Origin: Tubulanus polymorphus | Lineage: Eukaryota; Animalia; Nemertea | Direction: 5' to 3' | Length of the DNA stretch: 64,000 nucleotides | Assembly (NCBI RefSeq): GCF_964204645.1 | Contig: NC_134035.1 | Coordinates: forward strand, 2,294,001-2,358,000 | Shown: in pieces, positions 59,401 to 64,000 of the stretch | Layout: each line of letters opens with the position of its first letter | How positions within the stretch are numbered: position 1 is the first letter of the stretch | Translations under genes and position numbers: made by a program | Notes under the pieces: model-generated | Database searches by the model: none | What the model was told of the DNA's origin: nothing | The model's input: the letters and a program-made list of their open reading frames with translations, nothing else

Positions 59401-62193
59401 TTGTTTATTAAGAGTGGCCGGAAATAAGTCAATTTACTTATTGAAAAGTGTATGTGTCACAGATACACGAGATGAAGTCACGAGATGAAGTCACGTGTTG
59501 GAGATAGAGAGATAGATAGAGAGAGAGAGTGTGTGCATTACTAACTCTTATCTTATATAAATATAAATACACGTCATACTCATCACTGCTATGAATACCT
59601 AGCATAAACCTTATAGATATACATTGTGTAATCAGAATCACGATTCTGATGAAATGAGAGGGAGAAAGAATTTTGGAAGGAAAAAGGCATGCCCCCTTAC
59701 ACTTCATCTACCGAGTTTGCCTCCATACTTTAATGAATATCTGAAAACGTTTCCCTCTCACGGGGTTCATAGCATCAATGCTTGGGCTTAAGTGAACACT
59801 TTGTAAGAGCTTTTTGCATAAAAGCAGGTACTTTATAAAGGCAAAAGAGAGACTCTTCTATTGTATCCTAATCGGCGACTCAACATAAATCATCATCAAA
59901 GCCAATATGTTTAATACCGGCAATAATATTCCCCTATTTGTCCATAAAAATAATCAGTGACACCCCGAGTTAAAAAGTAAGCACTTTTTAAGCTAGCGAT
60001 CTTACCGTGCCGATGAAACAGCGCCAAACCGATCAGATTGACTAAGAGTCCGACGGCGCCGACGATGAGAAGCAGTTTCGGTTCGCGGACCGGTTCCATT
60101 TCGATGAACCGCTGCAGAGATTCGACGATGATCGTGAAGCACAACGCGATGAGAAAAACCGTGTTCACTAAAGCACCTAATACTTCGGCGCGTTGCCAGC
60201 CGAACGTGTTCTTTTGCGTATGCCATTTCGATATCTGTATAAAAAGAAGACAAGAAGTGAAATTGTTATCAGAAATTTGATCAATTCATACAGGATCCCT
60301 ACAGATCAGCCATTCCTGGATATAAGGGAGTTTTTATTTGGAGGAAGCATCTGCATCACTATTTTATCCCAATTACAGTAGACTCATCCTAAATGAGTGC
60401 TGTTTATCTATCTCGTTAAACCGGTAATTTTATGGTCTCATAAGAAACTTTTTCATCCTATACACTACCTGAACTCAGTTTTGAATTTGATAACCACCCA
60501 ATTGGGTAAAAACGAATCCAGATCCCAACTGTACCGATTTAGGCGTAGTTTACTGTACAACTTTAAACTAGACAAACATTTCTAATTGCCTATTTCTCAA
60601 AATTAAAGGAGTTTCAGGCATTTTTTGCTCAAATTAAAGCCCCTTTAAAGCATTTTCTGTTCAGCAGTAGAGAGTTCTAGGGGACCTAGAACCTAGAACC
60701 TTGCTTTAGCGGTTTCGAAATTTCATACACGTTCAAACCAAGGACTTTAGATCATTTTAGATAGAGTTCATGCTTAAACCCACGTCAAACAGTCTGCGTC
60801 GAGTTGGTCTGGACTGGAATCACACTATACACGAAGGGGCCTTTTTGACGCTAGTTTTTGTAAGGACCGAGTGACACTCTAAATAATTGAAATCTTATCA
60901 GTCGAAAAACAAATATATCAATTGGCGTATTCAGGTTCGATTACATTGTTTCGAAGCGTTCCAGGTCAAAGAATTGCTCTAACTCAATCAATCGCGATAA
61001 ACTAATATATCAATTACGTAATGACAACAGAAAGGTTTTACCAATGAATATTTTCACCAATGAACCTAGAGATATCTAATCGCGCAAACCAGGGACCTAT
61101 TTTCTATCGAATGGTCGAAATTTACAATATGTCAACGCAATTTTGCATAAACTCGTATGTTTAAAACCCTTTCAGTGCGTCTAGTACATAGCATCTCTAC
61201 TAAAACATGGCAGCAACCGTGAAACATAGTGAAATATTAGTAACCGACGATACACTGTGCTGTAGTGTAGACGCATTATAGCTGTATGCCTGTTATACGA
61301 CTACACTGGGGTAGAATTTTTTTAATGTTTTCAAATTGTTTCGAACACTTTAGGGCGAGAATTAGTCAGCATTGAAAGGGTTAAGTCACTCCGCAAAAAT
61401 TCCTCCCCCAGGCTCAGACTATCAGACTGTGATATCTGTTATTAAGTTCATACACTGGCCACTGTTCATATGTAAGCACGCACGAATGTCTCTTTCATAC
61501 AATGTCATACGTATATACATACATAAACCCACGCTTTCTTATAGATAGACACTATTGTGGTTTTCCGGCCATCCACATAATTTCCAATTCCAAGAATCGA
61601 ATTTTTAAGATCCGTCAACCCACTAGGCCTCAGTCATCGCATTATTTTTTATAGATTGATAGATTTGGAGTTTCTTGTACATTCTTAAAACAATTTGGTA
61701 ACGTGACTATCATGGGATACTCCCCCGATACAAACAAATGACACAGGATTCATAACATAGTAAGACTGGGGCATAAGTAAGCACTTTCATAAGGCAAAGT
61801 GACACTTCTCAGTCAAACTCTCACTCAAAACAGTGGAACTGGATCCAGTAGCTTTGACTCATTAAAAATGAACTAATTATATCTCAAAGTTAACTAATTA
61901 TATCTCAAAGTTAACTAATTATATCTCAAAGTTAACTCTAACTCATAACAGAAGAACTGAATACAGTTAACTAATACAGTTGACTCGAGACCGTTGAACT
62001 GAGTCCGAATACTTACCCGAACCGACGCGAATCCGACGACTAGCGCCACCACATCGGACAGCATGTGAAACGAATCGGCAACGAGCGCGATCGAGTTGGC
62101 GATGTAACCGACGGTGATCTCGACGACGAAGAACGACGCCGTCAAGCCGAGCATCGTCAGCAGACGACACGTTTTACCCGTATAACGACCCAT
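50456..62193 (-). CDS. SLC30A1: Zinc transporter ZnT1 / SLC30A1-like cation diffusion facilitator (8 coding exons)
   Basis: Exons 62193-62017, 60234-60006, 59243-59056, 58616-58481, 53773-53582, 52545-52463, 51794-51612 and 51022-50456, all GT-AG and phase-compatible. Motifs: ALVADSFHMLSD, KNTFGWQRAEVLGALVN, HGHSHG repeats, QLNMRGVFLHVLGDALGS, ILLQTVP, VHEFHVWRL, FFHDEGIHSTTIQPEF and a Cys cluster CALECGPDKNC...CC. Confidence 0.93.
51245..51512. repeat. Degenerate ~45-50-bp tandem repeat in ZnT1 intron 7
   Basis: Recurrent ctggtcttaagttgttagattggctatagaaccaaaatgag. Confidence 0.7.
52102..52411. repeat. 43-bp minisatellite x ~7 in ZnT1 intron 6
   Basis: Unit gagtactagccctaaggttcttggtgaa(ta/gt)cattggccaccct; period 43 (52141, 52184...). 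Confidence 0.95.
53901..54127. mobile_element. PIF/Harbinger-type MITE, inverted older copy in ZnT1 intron 4
   Basis: TTA|ggctaaaaaagattgataccttgtttct...agaaacaaggtaaacatctttttgacc|TTA. Confidence 0.75.
54628..54960. repeat. Low-complexity (tacatg/catgta)-type degenerate repeat
   Basis: Dense acatg/tacat motifs. Confidence 0.7.
57088..57217. mobile_element. Short palindromic MITE
   Basis: gggccggttgctcaaag...cttttgaacaaccggccc with an internal near-palindrome. Similar hairpin elements occur at ~42483-42594 and ~46030-46215. Confidence 0.6.
61167..61380. mobile_element. piggyBac-like MITE in ZnT1 intron 1
   Basis: ccctttcagtgc...gcattgaaaggg|TTAA; CCC..GGG termini, with TTAA intact only on the right. 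Confidence 0.6.
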
Positions 62194-64000
62194 TATGTGA
62201 CCACCAGGCGGCGCTGCGATGAACCGACGATCAAAATATGGAAATATGGAGTATCTGAAACGAGTCAAAGTTAAATACAATTAAACAGATTGAGTCATCA
62301 ATATTTATGAGTCTAAATTTGTTTTCTAATTCAATTTAATTGAAGAGTAAGTCATTTGATAAGTCGTTACTGAAATCGTGTTCATTTTCCTGAAGTCTAA
62401 ATTTGTATTTCTAATGCAATTTACTAAGTGTAAAACATCATCGCGTAATGCGTCACTATTTTTGAATTACAAGGGCCATTGTAAAGTACAATTTGCAAAT
62501 TCCCTGCCTCGCTCAGGATAGATTCGGGGAGTTATCATCGCTGTGATGATGGGTAATCTAGCACGCGCGATGATCAAACCAACGATAGGCCTTCTACGCA
62601 ACTTGCAACTTATCGCTTCAAAAACATTCAGAACCGATAAAAATTACGTCGAAAATGATGAAATAAAGAATTTTTGCCGTGTCATCGGTCGAGGTCGACG
62701 ACACGATCACACAGCTGTTCACAGTTAACACTCCTAATTCACTAAAATCAATAATCCCTAATGATTTATACTAGTAATCATCGCTGCTGCGACACCTGCA
62801 CGTCCTTCAACATCAGACAGATGTTCACTATCGGACGCGACACACGCACGTAACCATTTAATTATCTATTAATGAAGATCGAGATTAGTTTCTTTCCATT
62901 CCTCTGGTGAGGGAACGGGGCGATACTGGCCGGTTCGAAAAACACCGTTTCTTGATTTCAGCAAAGAGGTCCGAGACGAACCTGCCATTTTAATACATAG
63001 GCCAATTTGGTTTTCACCAAAAATTTACGATCATAAATAGTATGATATTGATTGAACTCGAAATTATTCTGATTTTGATGAGAGTATTTTGATATTCTAA
63101 GGAGTTAATAGAAACCTCTCTCAAATAGTAGTCATAGTCAGGTCTGCCTTGTGAACCCTGGGTTGACACGGCTAATGGCTGAAAATTAATCCGCTAAACC
63201 TCTCGAGTCTGAGAAGTTCTTAACAAAATCTACCAAAAGCTATGCTTTGCGTTATACTTTCAACTACTAGTACAGCTTAAGGCCTAATACTCACTTTCTA
63301 ATCATCAAGGTTCTCAAACAGATTATTTACAATGAATGAATGAATGAAGGTCGATTCAACTGAATGGTCGTATAATTAGTTATTAAGTAAGTTATGCGTA
63401 ATAGTTTTTAGGGCCGTGCAAAACAATTCAATCAATGCCAACATGTCATTATTAGAATGAATCCTGAAGAATGCTGGATTTTTAAGGAGGCATTTGACAA
63501 CACGTAAAGCGCTCTGAGCAACCTGGTTGTATTTAGCACTACATAAATCGCATTATTACGATTATCATTATTATTATCCTAATAGGACAAAAATGAAATA
63601 CTTAACAAGTCGTGATGGTTGGGGAATCTGTGAGCCTGATTACTCAATCATCATAATTTGTGTCCATACTATGTTAATAGGCTACAAATTCAGATAAAAG
63701 GTCGATGTCCAAAGGCCTCGATAAAATCAGAACATGATCGACATACGGGCTAACCTGAGCCAAGCGATCACACACGCAAACAATTTGGCCCAGGTCAAAC
63801 TAGCCGAAAGGATGTACTGCGTCCTAACGAGTTCAGTTAACCGATGTCACAAATATAGAACTAATTTACTTTCTCATAGACAAGGAGCATAAATACATTA
63901 TATACTGGCTGTGAGTTGGAAACCGGTCGTACGCATTTCCTGAGCTGAATAATTAATTACGAGCCGATATACGAACCAAACTGGTTCCGAGTTTTCAGCA

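Noticed and set aside
59531-59537. Metal-response element (TGCACAC on the minus strand) in ZnT1 intron 2
   Set aside because: A single 7-mer inside a (GA)/(GT) microsatellite is expected by chance; I saw no MRE cluster upstream of the first coding exon within the window.
752-62193. Functional calcium/zinc cluster (alpha2delta, MS4A, ZnT1)
   Set aside because: Thematic links exist in mammals, but gene neighbourhood alone is weak evidence in animals; no shared regulatory signal is visible.
62200-62217. CTCF-like motifs (ccaccaggcggcgctg; also ~43395-43410, ~48588-48601, ~34333-34348)
   Set aside because: Plausible but unscored by eye; needs a PWM scan and ChIP data, so not reported as features.

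Overview
AT-rich, intron-containing animal (probably invertebrate bilaterian) genomic DNA; the species cannot be determined from this window. Genes: an intronless alpha2/delta calcium-channel subunit (752-4048, -); five tandem single-coding-exon MS4A/CD20-like four-TM genes (5.4-20.5 kb, +) plus a divergent sixth copy (39.3-40.2 kb, +); an intronless TRAF7 (36.1-37.9 kb, -); a 4-exon SDHAF2 (41.6-43.3 kb, -); and an 8-coding-exon ZnT1/SLC30A1-type zinc exporter (50.5-62.2 kb, -). Between 22 and 34 kb lies a repeat block: a ~2.7-3.2 kb unit repeated about 2.4 times, then a ~3.3 kb spacer-less inverted duplication whose core is 32-bp and 100-bp satellites built from a transposon-end motif. Many MITEs and minisatellites are scattered through the window. 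The best candidate for an undescribed system is the MS4A-like array. It has a conserved TM scaffold, a hypervariable second extracellular loop shuffled between paralogues in a gene-conversion-like patchwork, and PY-motif tails. Each CDS sits behind its own splice acceptor, so a shared leader exon is possible. This resembles a diversified receptor repertoire (chemosensory or immune/recognition). All homology calls come from motif recognition by eye, not database searches.
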